From contig OZ024741.1 in NCBI GenBank assembly GCA_964016885.1, positions 207,328,001-207,392,000 on the forward strand: a stretch of 64,000 nucleotides of DNA, given 5' to 3'. Position numbers and translations under genes: made by a program. The stretch's first letter is position 1. Each line of letters opens with the position of its first letter. Below the pieces are notes generated by a model that saw only the letters and a program-made list of their open reading frames with translations, searched no databases and was not told the DNA's origin. The stretch is from Eledone cirrhosa. Lineage: Eukaryota. Shown here piece by piece: positions 13,720 to 27,385 of the stretch.

Positions 13720-14260
13720 TATATATATAAAGTGAAGTTGGGCGTTGTTTGTTTGTTTGTTTGGTGTCCCGAACTTGCAGGCTACGCCGTTCATCTGACT
13801 TTAATGAAACTTGACACATATATAAAACTCTAACCTTAGATTGGAATAGGCTACTTGAAATTTTCGAAAAATCGATAATCGGGCCCCCAGGAGCCAAAAA
13901 TCGATATTTTCAAAATTCGTCCGAATTCGATGAAAATCGACGCAAGTGTGTATTTCAATCCGGGGATGAACGTGGGCTACATTAAATTTTCTAAAAAATC
14001 GATAATTGAATCACCAGAGGCAACAATCGATATTTACGAATTTGTCCGATTCCAATAAAATTTGACGTAGGTATGTATTTTGATGCGCAGATCAAATTGG
14101 GGTACTTGAAACTTTCAGAAAATCGATAATCGGACCCCCAGAGGCAAAAATCGATATTTTCAGAATTCGTCCGATTTAAATGAAATTTGATATTACCACA
14201 ATAATAGATCCATTGGGAGTTACTCCAAGGCTGCAAACATTTAGGAAGTTTTTTTAAACT
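13720..14260 (+). mobile_element. 5' part of a second copy of the same Helitron family
   Basis: Repeats tatataaagtgaagttgggcgttgtttg... of 11880 and the aaaatcgata(a)t subrepeats. Confidence 0.65.
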
Positions 14261-14299
14261 TATAAATCATGCGTTAAATGAGACCTTTAAGAGTTAGAG

Positions 14300-17200
14300 A
14301 AAAAGAGATAAATAGCTTGGCAGGTGTCAGAAAATTAGCAGATCATGAAATTGTCTAGGGAGTTGAAACAAAATACTAACATTTATGCTAACAACTATAA
14401 TGTAGCAGTGTGAAAGAATGGTATTTAACTAATGTAATGGTACGCTATGGGGCCCACTCACAGCCCCGGCGGACAGAATGGAGAAGGCGTTTCCCCGGAG
14501 GACGGCAAGGGAGAAGCGCTGGAAAAGCCACTCCAACTCGCGGGGCTCACACCTACGGCTGGCCAGCTCAGCGCCTATGGTAGTGAGTAAGGAGGTAGCC
14601 CTGGGGCCGAGGACACCAGAAGTTTCCACTGCCAGGGGAACGACCGCAAACCTGTCGGAGAGCGACCGGTATTTGAGGAGTTTGGCCCCCTCAGCCCGAC
14701 TTGCAGCAGAACCTGCGTCAGTCGCAGACTGCACCAGGTTGCGGCTGCAGAAAGTGTCGGTGCAAGTGGCATCCCAGACGAGGGGTTTACCACCGCGGAA
14801 CGGAAAGATGGCCATGCCATCTGGCCTTTTGCTGTCCCCTCGATCCAGCCCCACCGGCTCGAGCTGGGAAGGGAAGCCTGCAGCGTCCAAGCCATGCTTG
14901 GGGGCAGTATGGCGTGGAATGCGGCCGGCACTGTGGCGACAGGAAAGCGGGTGGAGGCCGAAAGAGTCCACGGTGGAACCGCAGCGACATTGGTATGGCT
15001 GGCAGATCCGGAGACCGAGCCTCAGGGAAACGCCGATTCGCTGGCTATGGTTGTCTAGCTGCGTGCCAGTGGAGAAGGAGAGCAGAGCATGGAGCCAGGC
15101 ACCACTGTGGGGTTTGGAGGCCGCACGAAAACAAGCAAGGCGGAGCTGGTCGAGCTGGCGCGTGAGCCTGTCTGAGGCCAGGCTGCACTGGATGGCATCC
15201 CAAGTGCGTTGGGGGGACTTTACTTCAACAGGGGGAGAAGGAGGAGGGACGTCTACTGGGCTAAGTCCCAGCCGGTCGCACGTCTCACAGGCGGCCTCAC
15301 GTTCTCTGAACACGGAGGGTTCTGTTGTGTTTTGAAGAACCCTGCTGACGAGGACGCGGCACGAGGTTACCGACGAAAGATATGCCGGAAAAGCTAGTGA
15401 GATCGGGGAAAGGAGGCCTAGGCCGCCATACCTGACCGGTAAAGTGGCCTGTTGCCACCTTATGTCGTCAAACTTGACGTTGCATATCCCTTCGGCTGCT
15501 GCTCGGATACAAGTATCGAGCTCAGCGCGGAGAGATGCCTGGGTGTAGCATGGAGCGCTGCGGAGTGTATAGAAGAGCTTCGGCATGGCAAGCAGTTCCT
15601 CAGCAGAAAGAGTGCTGGGTGGCCGTCAATCAAGCCCAGTCGGCTCGTGAAAGTCTAGAGCTGTTGAAGCCTGGACCTGATGGTGGAGCGGATGGCCGGC
15701 GGGTGGATCGGTGACCCGAGGATGAGGACATCCTCTTTGGGGGTCACATGAACCTGGCGGAGAATGGATCGCACGTCCAAGACGGAGGCTGCAAAGCTCA
15801 CAGCATCGAGGCTGACGTTCACCACCTCCGACTTGGCCGAGTTGACCTGTAGGCCGATTCCCGCTAGGGCAGGAATCACCGATTGAAGGTCTTGGCAGAC
15901 CGTCCGTACGGGCCCACCCAACGTAGCATCATCCAGATACCAAAAGGTGAGAGGAGCCGTGATACTCCGGGAGATGTGGTCAATACCAAGGGCGAACAGG
16001 AGGGGTCCCAAAGGGTCGACCTGTTGGACCTCAGTAGCCGAGGGTATGACCCTATCAGCAGCTAGGAGCATGCTCGGGGCTCCATATGACAGGTAGGCCA
16101 GCGGGTAGGCAGAGGGGGCTCGGCTGAGGCAGGCCTCGAGCAGATGATCACGGCGTAAAGAGTAAAGAGTTAAAGGCATTCCTCATGTCAAGCTTGACAA
16201 TGAGGTGCCTGGAGTCCCTGGATGCCGGTACCGATGGGCAGCTTCTGAAGAACTGCCTGATTGCATGAGAGGCTCCCTCACAGCCACCTGACACGCCGAC
16301 ACCCAGTTGCACCTGACTAAACTCCTCACCCAGTTCGTGTATGACGGACTTGCAGATAACCTTTGCAGCCAGCCTCCGGAAGACATTGCCCACAGCAATG
16401 GGGCATATGCTACCCTCTTTCTTCCTGAGAGCAGTGAGGCTGGCCGAAAAAAAGAAGCCTCGGGCGTAAGGGTCAAGGGCACCATGAATGAGCCATTTGG
16501 TGAGCGCCACAATTGCACTCAGAAGGCGGCGCCCGGCCTCGGCGGAGAGGGGGATGTCAACTCCTTGAAGTGGCCTGGTCAGAGACCATCAACACCTCCG
16601 CAGCTGCTAGCTGGGAAGGAGCTGATGGCGGACATGATATCTGCATCAGTAGCCACAAGGAGCAGGTGGGGGTCGGGTGGGTGTATGGGTCTGAGATCAG
16701 TGGGTGGCTCAGGGTGTTTGAGCCGCAAAGCAGCCAGGATCTCCTCGGTGGGTTGGAGGACAGTTGCCTCTGAGGCAACAACTCTGACTGCGGCCGATAC
16801 ATGACCCATGATAAGCTTTGCGTTTACCTTGTCACGCAAACGCTTGGCGCTGGCCTCGGGGGTGGAGCATAGGGGGTAACTGAGGGTGGGGTGTGTGGCG
16901 TCCCTGGGCACGCTTGGAATGGGCGCTCGCCCAAATGACGAGACATTGGCCTTGACGAAGGCTGCTGTTGACCGGCCGCCCCGGTCAGCGCCAGAGCTGG
17001 GAAGGCCGAGGGCGAGTGGGGTGAAATAGAGCAGCCGCCCCCAGTCAATGGCTCGATTGGTATCCAGGGCGTTCTCAATCGAGGAAGCGAGGGCATCGGC
17101 TACCGGCACCCGTGCCGCTCCCGGGATCCTGAGTAGGATGTTCCGGAGCCGCCTGAGCCGAGCGATGTTGACCAGCGAGGCTTCGGCGTCAGGCAAGCTC

Positions 17201-17870
17201 GCTGTCCCATCTGGTGGTGTGCCAGACAACCGTGGCTGGGAAGACGTTGGGAAGAGGCAGCTCCTGCACCTCCACGCTGCGAGGATATTGGAAGCTCGAC
17301 GAGTCAAGCCAATGCAGGTGAGGTGGTGGAAGCAGCCGCACCCCAAACAGTTCCGGCCCCTCTTCCGTTTGTTAGTAGTGCCGCAAGTGCTGCAGGTGTC
17401 GATTTGGAGGGGTGGGGGATGGGGCGTGGGGCCGGGGACTGGGGCACCGAGCGGCATCAGGGGTAGGTGGCTGGTGTGTGTGGTTGGAAGGGAAAGTGTT
17501 GGTAAGAGGGCAACATAGCTCATCTATATATATGGGGGTGCCAGAAAACGAGAGTGAAAAGGGGGGGGACACGGGAAGGTAGAATGGCAGTAAATGAATG
17601 AGTGAATGGAACAACAACAAAAAAGGGATAGGAGGGGGGGAACAAGGGGTTGTTCCCAGGGGAAAGACCCAGAATTCAGCACGCACACATGCGAGCAACT
17701 GAGCGGAGTTAGGGCAGACAATTATTCATAGTTTAATAATCAATGCTGCAAAATCTTCTACCCTGGGGTCAATTCTCCATGCAGAGCCTAAAAGCATCCC
17801 TTCGCACACGCCATTATCTATCAGCTTAATTGAGCATCACCGTCCGGCGACCGAAAAACGCCATTCTTCT
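14300..17870 (-). mobile_element. CRE-like non-LTR retrotransposon (PHD finger - RT - zinc knuckle - restriction-like endonuclease), frameshifted; ends approximate
   Basis: Successive minus ORFs 16579-17523 (C4HC3 finger), 16148-16510 (PIAVG..RRL, QLGVG, KLDMRNAFNS), 15655-16179 (QQvDPLGPLLF, WYLDD) and 14429-15586 (CRCG..H..SC, RPDG..WDATCTDT, K..KY, PLAVETSG). Confidence 0.85.
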
Positions 17871-18454
17871 TGCTGACCTTAGCAACCAGTGCCCTACAAG
17901 ACCAGCAAGAGGCAGACCACCTACCATTAACTCAATGGCTAAGAAAAGCCACACAGATAGATGGAACGGGTGGACCAGAGCCATACGGACCCCCGAAAAC
18001 CACGATGAACTAAAGAAATTGATTGCACATGCGGTGGGGGCCAGTATAAAATTAACCCTTAAGGAACATATGTTCAAATTTAATGGAAAACATATGCCCC
18101 AGAGGAGGGAGCAGCTATTGGTGTCAGCATTGCAGGTGGCATAGCTAACCTATTCATGGTATGGTGGGACAATAGACTTAAACATAAACTTAAAGAACAA
18201 TTAGAAGACAGCAACCTCTTAACCCTGATAATGTACTCCCGTTACGTTGATGATATAAACATCGTATTAAAAGCACCCCCACTAGAGAACAGTCAGGAAG
18301 TAGAGAAAAACACCATGGAAAGCATCCAGCAAATAGCTAACTCCATCCACCAGAGTATTAGAGTTACTATAGACTACCCAAGCAAACACCCTAACCATCG
18401 ATTACCTGTACTAGACACAGAGCTCTGGTTAGATACCATTAATAACAAAAAACA

Positions 18455-18550
18455 CGAGGTTAACTTTGCCTTTCATCCTTACGGGGTCGATAAAATAAAG
18501 TACCAGTAATACACTGGGTAATTGCTGGTCTTGTGCCTAACGTAGAAACA
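18455..18550 (+). mobile_element. 5'-truncated SINE inside PLE
   Basis: SINE core and tail with a 17-bp TSD attaataacaaaaaaca. Confidence 0.9.
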
Positions 18551-19683
18551 ATTAATAACAAAAAACAAATCCTCCATTCCCATTATGCCAAACCCATGAC
18601 TTCCAAATATCTGATCCACCGAAACTCAGCTGTTCGGACCATACCGAAATCAACATACTGATTGCAGATTTGGTAGGGGTGATGAGAAACGTGTCCCGCA
18701 TGTGCAACCCCAAAGAACTAGAGAGACACATACAACACTTCATCCACCGTATGCAATTCTCTGGTTACAATCAGAGAGAAAAAATCAGAGTATATAGCGG
18801 AGCCAGAACCAAATGGGAAAAATGGTAAATAATGATACAAATGGGACCTGCCCCTTGTATAGGAGCAAATTTTGGAATAGAATAGAAAGAACTAGGAATA
18901 AGGTTAATAGAATAAACTCATGGCATGATAGCAATAAATACCAGAGTGTAATGTTCATCGATACAACCCCTAGAGGTGAATTAGCTTACAAATTTAGAAG
19001 GGCCCTAGATAAACATAAACTCAATATTAAGATAGTAGGTACCCGGTACCTACATAAAAACACTCCATAAAAACACTTATACCCTTTTCAAAGACCTCCC
19101 TGTATAGATAAGAAATGTATAATCTGTAAACTAAGCCCCCATATTAACTGTAAAACTAGAAATGTAGTATATAGCATAAGATGTACTGAAGGACAATGTA
19201 GAGATAAGAATATAGTGTACATAGGTGAGACAGCTCGTAGTATAGGGGAACGGATAAATGAACATTGGCGAGAGTTACAAGATAGTAAAGAATCATCTGT
19301 ACTCCACCAACATGCTAAAATATAACATAAGGGTAAATTAGAGAACATAGAAATAAAAATAGAATCTACACACAGAAAAGACGCAATGTTTAGACAAATC
19401 ACAGAGGCAATAAACATAAATGAACTCCAACCAAAATTAAATAGAAAACATGAATGGAACAGCAACATCCCAACTTACAATTAAGGACAAAATGAAAACA
19501 CACACACACATAGAACAAACAACCAACTAGTAACATGTAAATAAACAAATAAATAAACAAATATAAACACACACAGACACCCGGATGTAACACATGCGCA
19601 AACTAAGGACACAACACACTCAAAAACAAGATGGCGTAGGACAGAACAAAGGAGAGGCACAAACACAAAGAAAAGAATCCCCA

Positions 19684-19726
19684 GTCACTGAAGAGGTCAC
19701 AGAATATGTGACGAAAGAACTTTGAC
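19684..19726 (+). ncRNA. Minimal type I hammerhead (family A pLTR)
   Basis: GTCA-CTGAAGA-G-GTCACA/TGTGAC-GAAA-GAAC-TT-TGAC. Confidence 0.75.
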
Positions 19727-19885
19727 AATATAAGAACAATCGTCTGGTTGAGGAACCAACCAACCAACCGGAAATTTATAAATTTAATTTATAATAAATT
19801 GAAGTGAAAGCAGCTGGTGCGTGTGTTTCTTATTGGCAACATGACCCTCCCAAACTATAACAATATATATATATGTATATATAAA

Positions 19886-19948
<63 letters not shown>

Positions 19949-19972
19949 TTATATATATATATATATATATGT

Positions 19973-20041
<69 letters not shown>

Positions 20042-20567
20042 ATACAATAACAGAGATAGTTTACAGTTTATGTAGAAGCCTAACATATATTCATGTTCTT
20101 ACCGCAGTTAAAAATCGTGTCTGCTAAGCTGCTCCCTCACGCATCGAATGACCGCCAAATTTGAAATTCCAGCAGTTTTTGACTGAGGAAGTATTATAGC
20201 GTCACGAAGCGGGAAGGGGAGATAACTAATACACGAGAAAAGAAAAAATAATATTCACGCGGGTTAAATAAATAAATGTATGCGTGTATTAATTACACAC
20301 GCATATAGATATTTTCTAGGCTAAAAACAGAAGTCGTACCCGAATAACAAACCGCATTTCATAACCGTAGTAAATTCGGAAAGTTACGCTTTAAAGGGCA
20401 ATCTGGAATGTAAATCTCTGGCCGAATTAAGAGTAAAATATTAAATATACGTGGGTTAATTAGTTATTTCAAAACTAATATCAATTCCACGTGTTAAGAA
20501 CTCAATTAATTTTTTTTTTAAATAAATATATATATATATGTGTTTATATATATATATATATGTGTGT

Positions 20568-20661
<94 letters not shown>

Positions 20662-20757
20662 AAGTATGTATGTATACGTATATATATATATATATATATA
20701 TACATACAGGCACACATATAATTATGATACGTACATATATATATGTGTACCTGTATG

Positions 20758-20834
<77 letters not shown>

Positions 20835-20946
20835 GCTACTGTACGTCTGAATACATATATGTATGTACGTATACATACATACTTACATTTAAGTAAGTGC
20901 CGTACTAAGAGTGAGAAATGAAATTTCGTTTCATTCTATTCCAACT

Positions 20947-20995
<49 letters not shown>

Positions 20996-21201
20996 TTATA
21001 TATATATATATATGTTTTTATATATATATATATGTTATTTATTCATTCTGACGACTGAAGACAGACAAAACATCTGCCTTCCAAAAACCACTGGTAAAAT
21101 CAAATAATTATCTTATGTTATTTATTACATAACTAATAAGCTCTGTAGCCTACTTAGAGTACTTTTTTTTCCTGTACCTTTCCGACGGAAATACTTCATT
21201 T

Positions 21202-21247
<46 letters not shown>

Positions 21248-21324
21248 CTAGTCTGTGTACAATTATGATATCATGCCGCAGGTTCAAAAGAATGTTTATA
21301 GCCTACAGCAGATCCAAAAGTGTC

Positions 21325-21355
<31 letters not shown>

Positions 21356-21363
<8 letters not shown>

Positions 21364-21721
21364 TAAAAGGAAAAGAAAATGCTGACAAATTGTTCCCAGT
21401 GAAAAATAAGTAAAAATTACTAATAAGTATTGGTTAGTATTCAGTTTTGGTTTTAAGTTATTACCGGTTGTGCATTTCTAATGCTTTTCAAAAATAATTT
21501 TGAGATAGAGCGCCCGTGATGTTTGCTCTAATCTGATATACAGATTAGAGCAAACATATCAAAATTATTTTTGAAAAGCATTAGAAATGCGCAACCAGTA
21601 AAGACTTAAAACCAAAACTGAATACTAACCAATACTTATTACTAATTTTTACTTATTCCTAATTAAACTATTTTTCACTGTGAACAATTTGTCAGCATTT
21701 TGTTTTCCTTTTACCAATATA
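21356..21721. repeat. Fold-back/MITE-like palindrome (about 365 bp) at a (TA)n tract
   Basis: ttggtaaaaggaaaa...aatctg-atata-cagatt...ttttccttttaccaa, with near-perfect arms. Confidence 0.85.
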
Positions 21722-22134
21722 TCACAACTCGTGTGTTACACCTCTATTCATTTAAATATATATATATATATATATAAATATATATATAAAGGGAAATATT
21801 TATTTTTTGTGGTGGCCCGGAGCGGCACACACTCTAATTACGTCACTATATATATACGTGTGTATGTGTGTATGTGTATTTAATTATTAAAATCTTTCTC
21901 ATAAAGAATCAATTGTTTTCTACCTGAGGAAGAATGTTCCATTGCTGGAATTTAGATAACAACAATAGGGAATAATTACATACTAAACCTTAGCAAAGAC
22001 TTGAATATTTTAGTTTTCAGTTCAATCAGATGCAAAACTTCATCGTAGGAGTTCAGAAAATAATTACAGGGGTATAAGAGCAACACAGAATTTCAAAATG
22101 AAAGTACAACTAAAATTTTCCGATTACCGATATA

Positions 22135-22621
22135 TATATTGTTATACTTTGGGATGGTCATGTTGCCAATAAGAAACACACGCACCAGTTGCTTTCACTT
22201 CAATTTATTATAAATTAAATTTATAAATTTAGGAATTTATAAATTTCCGGTTGGTTGGTTCCACAACCAGATGATTGTTCATATATTGTCAAAGTTCTTT
22301 CGTCACACATTCTCTGTGACGTAGGACAGAACAAAGGAGAGGCACAAAAACAAAGAAAATAATCCCCAGTCACTGAAGAGGTCACAGAATGTGTGACGAA
22401 AGAACTTTGACAATATATGAACATTCATCTGGTTGTGGAACCAACCAACCAATCGGAAATTTATAAATTCCTAAATTTATAAATTTAACTTATAATAAAT
22501 TGAAGTGAAAGCAACTGGTGCGTGTGTTTCTTATTGGCAACATGACTCTCCCAAAGTATAACAATATCTGTTTCAACACACGTTTTCAGATAAAGAATCT
22601 TGCTAAACAAATTCAGAAACG

Positions 22622-22625
<4 letters not shown>
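22135..22625. mobile_element. Inverted pair of PLE family A pLTRs (solo, non-coding)
   Basis: 22135-22312 is the reverse complement of about 22386-22566. Both outer ends abut TA tracts. Confidence 0.85.
22369..22411 (+). ncRNA. Minimal type I hammerhead (family A pLTR)
   Basis: GTCA-CTGAAGA-G-GTCACA/TGTGAC-GAAA-GAAC-TT-TGAC. Confidence 0.75.
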
Positions 22626-22677
<52 letters not shown>

Positions 22678-22680
<3 letters not shown>

Positions 22681-25505
22681 CTCCCTCACGTCCCTACACT
22701 GTAGTCACCATACACCAGGACCTACCACTCTCCGAAGCTGAGCGCTCCCTCCTCGCCCGTGGTTTGCGTTTTATACCAACCACTTCTACCTGCGACGCGT
22801 TCCAAACACGTGCCGATATTGAAGGGTTCTTCCGACGATTAAAGCTGAAAGCTTTTTTTCACGACACGCCATCATCGACACACACGGATGACTTCACTTG
22901 TCTCAATCGCCGGCAATCACATTGGATGCTGAGCTCTGGCTAGTTCATCACCCTCGGCTCCTTTGTCGATACTTGCCGGCGTACTGTTAACCGGTTCTGT
23001 TTCCACCAGCATTCTCGTCACTCTAATATTACGCATGTTGAGCTCTCCGCTCTTCTCAAGCTTCGGCTTCGCGATGACATTGTCATCAGACCCACTGACA
23101 AAGGTGGCGCTGTGGTGGTTTGGAGCGTTGACCTCTATAAGGTTGAGGCCCTCCGCCAGCTTCACGACCCCCTTTTTTACCGCACTTTATCCTCCGACCC
23201 CGCTCCTGGCTACCAATATCTCGTGTCCATCTACCAACTAATCTCCTCCTCTCTCCTACCCCCCACAGCCACCAAACTTATTGTACGCACCACTCGCACA
23301 CCCACCATCTAATTCCTCCCAAAATACATAAACAAAATAATCCCGACCGTCCTATAGTTTCTGCATGCAGCTGCTCCACCGAGATCATTTCTGAATATTT
23401 AGACACCATCCTCGCCTCGTTAGTCGTCAATCTTCCCTCCAACATCCACGATACCAATCATGCCCTTAGACTCTTCAACTCCTTCTCCTTCCCTCCTGGC
23501 CCCTCTCGCCGTCTCTTTACCCTTGATATTACTTCCCGCTGTACCGCCATCCTTCATGATGACGGCCTCCACGCTTTCCAACATTTTTTAGACTTACGCC
23601 GTACCCTTTACCCCAGCACTACCACTTCTTCTGTCTGGCTGAGCTTGTTCTGACACTCAATGGCTTTTCCTTTTCGGGTGAATTTTATCAGCAGGTCTCT
23701 GGGATAGCGATGAGAACCAGAATAGGACCAAACTATGCCAACTTGTTTGTTGGCTACGTCGAAGCCCAGATCTTCTCCCATTACGCTGGACCGACTCCTG
23801 AGCTATACGGTCGTTATATCGACGACTGTATCGGTGCCACCTCTCTATCACGAGAACAGCTCGATTGCTTTCTATCTTTTGTCCTATCTTTCCATCCTGC
23901 TCTCCCCTTCACCGCCTCCGTCTCCGACTCTTATGTCCCCTTTCTAGATATCACTCTATCTATTAATCACCCTCACCACACCCTCTCTACTTCCATCTTC
24001 TATAAACCAACAGACTCCCACTCTTACCTCGACTTCACCTCTTCCCATCCAACCCACACCAAACACTCCGTTACCTATTCACAATTTCTCCGTCTTCGTT
24101 GGTTCTGTAGCCAGGACGACGATTTCGAAACCCATTCCCTTCGCATATGGCTTCCCGCTTCATCCAGCGTGGATATACTCCCACCTTGATCCAAGCTGCT
24201 CTCACCTGCGTCCGTGAAACTGACCGTACCACAGGGCCCTCACCTCACCAACGCCCTCCCAACACCCACCTTCCTTTCCCTCACCTACCACCCCATCACC
24301 CTACCACTCCGGCGACATATCCTCCGTTCCTTCCGCACCCTCTCTTCTGACCCCGTCACTTCTCGCTGTTTTCCAAACCCACCCATTACCGCATTTAAGC
24401 GCACACGTAACCTCCGCGACCTCCTGGTACGCAGTTCCTTCTCGTCCTCTCCTACGACTCCACCCGGCTCTCATCCTTGTTCTCGTCCCTGCTGCAACAC
24501 TTGTTTCTTCATTTCCACCCTCACCACTCTCACAGGCCCTAACGGTTCATTCCGTATCCGCCACTCCTTCACCTGCACATCCACCCACGTTGTCTATGCC
24601 CTCCGGTGTTCCCTTTGGACGTCTTTATGCATCGGACAAACTGGACACCGTATGGCGGACCGTTTTGCTGAGCATTTGAGTGACATACGACTCGGTTTGG
24701 ATACTCCTATCGCCCGTCATTTCTGTTATCCTGGTCATTCTTCCCTACATGCCTCAGTCCTGGGTGTCCTTTTACATCATGGATCACAGGCCTCGCGCAC
24801 CAGGACTGAGCAGAGTCTGAATCACCGCCTTGGGTCCTATTTCCCTCATGGACTCAACTCACCTCCCCAATTTCTTTAATACCCTGTCCATTATCACACA
24901 CGCGCTTGTACATTTACCCCTAGATTCCTATGGCTCTCTTATGGTCATAAACATATACTCTTACAACTAATACAGACTGACAAAATATGCACACTTCACT
25001 TTTCCCTTCACAGCTCTGTATATACACATACACACCCTTTATTAACATGCTTTTGCTCGTAACTTCGTACTTACAAGCACACACACTCTCTTTTACTTAC
25101 ATATACACACACATTTCTTCTTAGCTTCGTACGGACGTATAATAACACACACACACATGCATACGCACGTGCACAAGTATAGCTCTTTTTACAAAACGTT
25201 TTTTTTTTTTTATTTCAGGTAGACGCACTCCATCATCCACTTTTCTATAAAATAAATCATACACAAAACGCCAGTACCAACAGTTTTGCAAGAGATGTAA
25301 ACATGAATGGACCTGTTATTTTCATCTAAAGACATATTTTTCAATTCCACCCCACCCGTCCCTTCAATCTATCTTATTTCTCATTCTTTCTTCTGATGAA
25401 GGTCTAGTGTCCGAAACATTAAAACCCGCTTCCTGCTATTTCAACCTAATATATTCCTTCCATATACTGTACCGATTGTGTTTTTATTTCCGTTTACTTT
25501 TTACA
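22678..25505 (+). mobile_element. Penelope-like element (Neptune-like), RT + GIY-YIG pseudogene with 3' pLTR
   Basis: LLARGLRFIPT, DKGG, RPIVS, GPNYANLFVG, RYIDD, FLDI, YKPTDSHSYL..SSHP, SQFLRL, C..C..C..C, VVYALRC..IGQT..RFAEH..HF. Several stops and frameshifts. Confidence 0.9.
25389..25424 (+). ncRNA. Minimal hammerhead, partly decayed
   Basis: TCTT-CTGATGA-AGGTC.AGTGTCC-GAAA-CA-TT-AAAA. Intact paralogue at 27470. Confidence 0.6.
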
Positions 25506-25549
25506 TATATATATATATATACAGTATATGTATATGTATATGTATATAT

Positions 25550-26408
25550 ATATAAAAGTAAAAAACAAAAACAATAACAAAGAGTGCAGTACAAACAGTG
25601 TTGGTAGGTTTACGCTTGAGAGTGGGGGTGGGGAACGACGTTTCGAGCATAAGCCCTTCATCAGGAGACAGGTTTCCTCCACCATCCAACACCTCGTCTC
25701 CTCCCCCGCTCACCGCCTCCCACCTCATCGCCCGCACCCTCCACACCCCCACCATCTACTTCCTCCCCAAGATCCCACAAACCCGACAACCCCGGCAGGC
25801 CCCATCGTGTCCGCCTGCAACTGCCCCACCGAACTCATCTCCGCCTTTCTCGACTCTACCCTCGACCCCCTTGTCACCGCCTTCCCCTCCCACATCTCCG
25901 ACACCAACCACGCCCTTCACCATTTTTACTGCCTCGCCTTCCCACCCGCCCCACACCCCCTCCTCTTCACCCTAGACATTAAGTCACATTACACCGTCAT
26001 GCCCCACGCCGACGGCCTACGCGCCCTCCGGCACTACCTCGACCTTCACCCTTGCCCGTCTCCTCTACCGCTACCCTCTTCCGCCTCATCAAGCTGGTCC
26101 TCACCCTTAACTACTTCTCCTTCTCGGATGAGTGTTACCAGCAGGTCACTGGGGTAGCCATGGGCACAAGAATGGGCCCCAACAATGCCAACCTTTTCGT
26201 TGGCCATGTTGTGGCCCAAATCTTTCCCCAGTACACCGGTCCCACGCCCGAACTGTACGATCGGTACATTGACGACTGCATCGGGGCCACGACTCTCATC
26301 CGAGAACAGCTCGACTCCTTTCTATCCTTCTTCTGCTCCTTCCACCCCTCCCTCCACTTCACCACCTCTATCTCCACCACCCACGTCCACTTCTTGGACA
26401 TCTCCGTA
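25550..26408 (+). mobile_element. Second Neptune-like PLE RT fragment (25666-26408) with inverted pLTR piece (25550-25665)
   Basis: YFLPKI, PIVSACNCPTE, LFTLDIKS.YT, GVAMGTRMGP.NANLFVG, RYIDD, FLDI. TA tracts on both sides. Confidence 0.85.
25631..25669 (-). ncRNA. Minimal hammerhead core, 5' arm of stem I lost at the inversion junction
   Basis: CTGATGA-AGGGC-ttat-GCTC-GAAA-CG-TC. Confidence 0.65.
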
Positions 26409-26429
26409 TATATACATATATATATATAT

Positions 26430-26930
26430 AGGGTGACTTTGGACATCCTGCAGACTAAAAACAAAACCTGTCAAAGGGCAAAGGAGCTCTTAAGAGTCAA
26501 TGGCCATCCAAAATCACCGGGAGAAATGACCCCTTAGCCTTTGTCAAGGCAGAATTCTAGGAGAAGGAAAACTCTGATATAACACCTGCAACCCTGATGG
26601 TATCCAATGATGTTGACTTGTTCTTCTTTTTGGTAAATATCATCTTGGTTAAGAGAGTGGGACTGGCTTTGTGCAGTGCCTTTGCTCACTATAAAAGCTT
26701 CACAGCACAGGCATTGCTTTATATCTGGAGATCTCTCTGCACTTGTCGTCACATGGTACCATGGGCCCAGCACTATGTGTCAATAATTGTCACAAGTGTA
26801 GTGTTTGTACCAGAGTTTTCAAGTCGCTGGCTGGACTAAAAAGTCACACTCATTCAGCGCATCGGTAGGGGTTCTCCTACATGGATATAAAGTAGTGGCT
26901 GTACTCGAAAACGAGTTGGCAGCCACCATA
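26430..26930 (+). mobile_element. Probable decayed 3' end of an RTE-type LINE
   Basis: One frame ends CSVCTRVFKSLAGLKSHTHSAHR* (C2H2 finger), followed by the terminal hairpin gtggctg-tactcg-aaaa-cgagt-tggcagccac and TA repeats. Confidence 0.45.
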
Positions 26931-27385
26931 TATATATGAAAAGAATCAGAGCCCCGACGGCTGAGCTCCGACCGTTTCTGCTAGATCCGAACTAAGCCAC
27001 AAGTATTAGAACGGCGGAATCTAGCTGAACTTGTCAAGGGGCACAGTCAATATATGGGCATGCAGTCAAAGTAAAAAAAAACAACAAAAGCAAAAGAATC
27101 TAAGCAAAAAATTGTAAGCGGCAGGGGGCTAAACAGGTCTGAAAAACAAGGAGGAAGAGGTAAGAAGGCAGACTGACCTGAGGGTGCCAAGCCAGTCAGG
27201 CGTGCGCGCACGGCAGTAAGAGAGATTTAATCTTATACAACTATCTTTCATATATAGAAACGGTAAACTTAAAAGAAAGGAAAACAAAAAAAAAACAAAA
27301 AAAACGCGAGAAAGAATATAATTTCAGCGTGTAAGAATCAAAGAAGGTTTATATATATATATACCTTCTTTGATTCTTACACGCT

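Larger units (their letters stand above)
17875..19866 (+). mobile_element. Penelope-like element family A (5'-truncated RT + GIY-YIG + pLTR), SINE-interrupted
   Basis: GRPPTI, YSRYVDDI, LPVLD, SVMFIDTTP, VYSIRC..YIGETARS. Ends in (TA)n. Confidence 0.9.
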
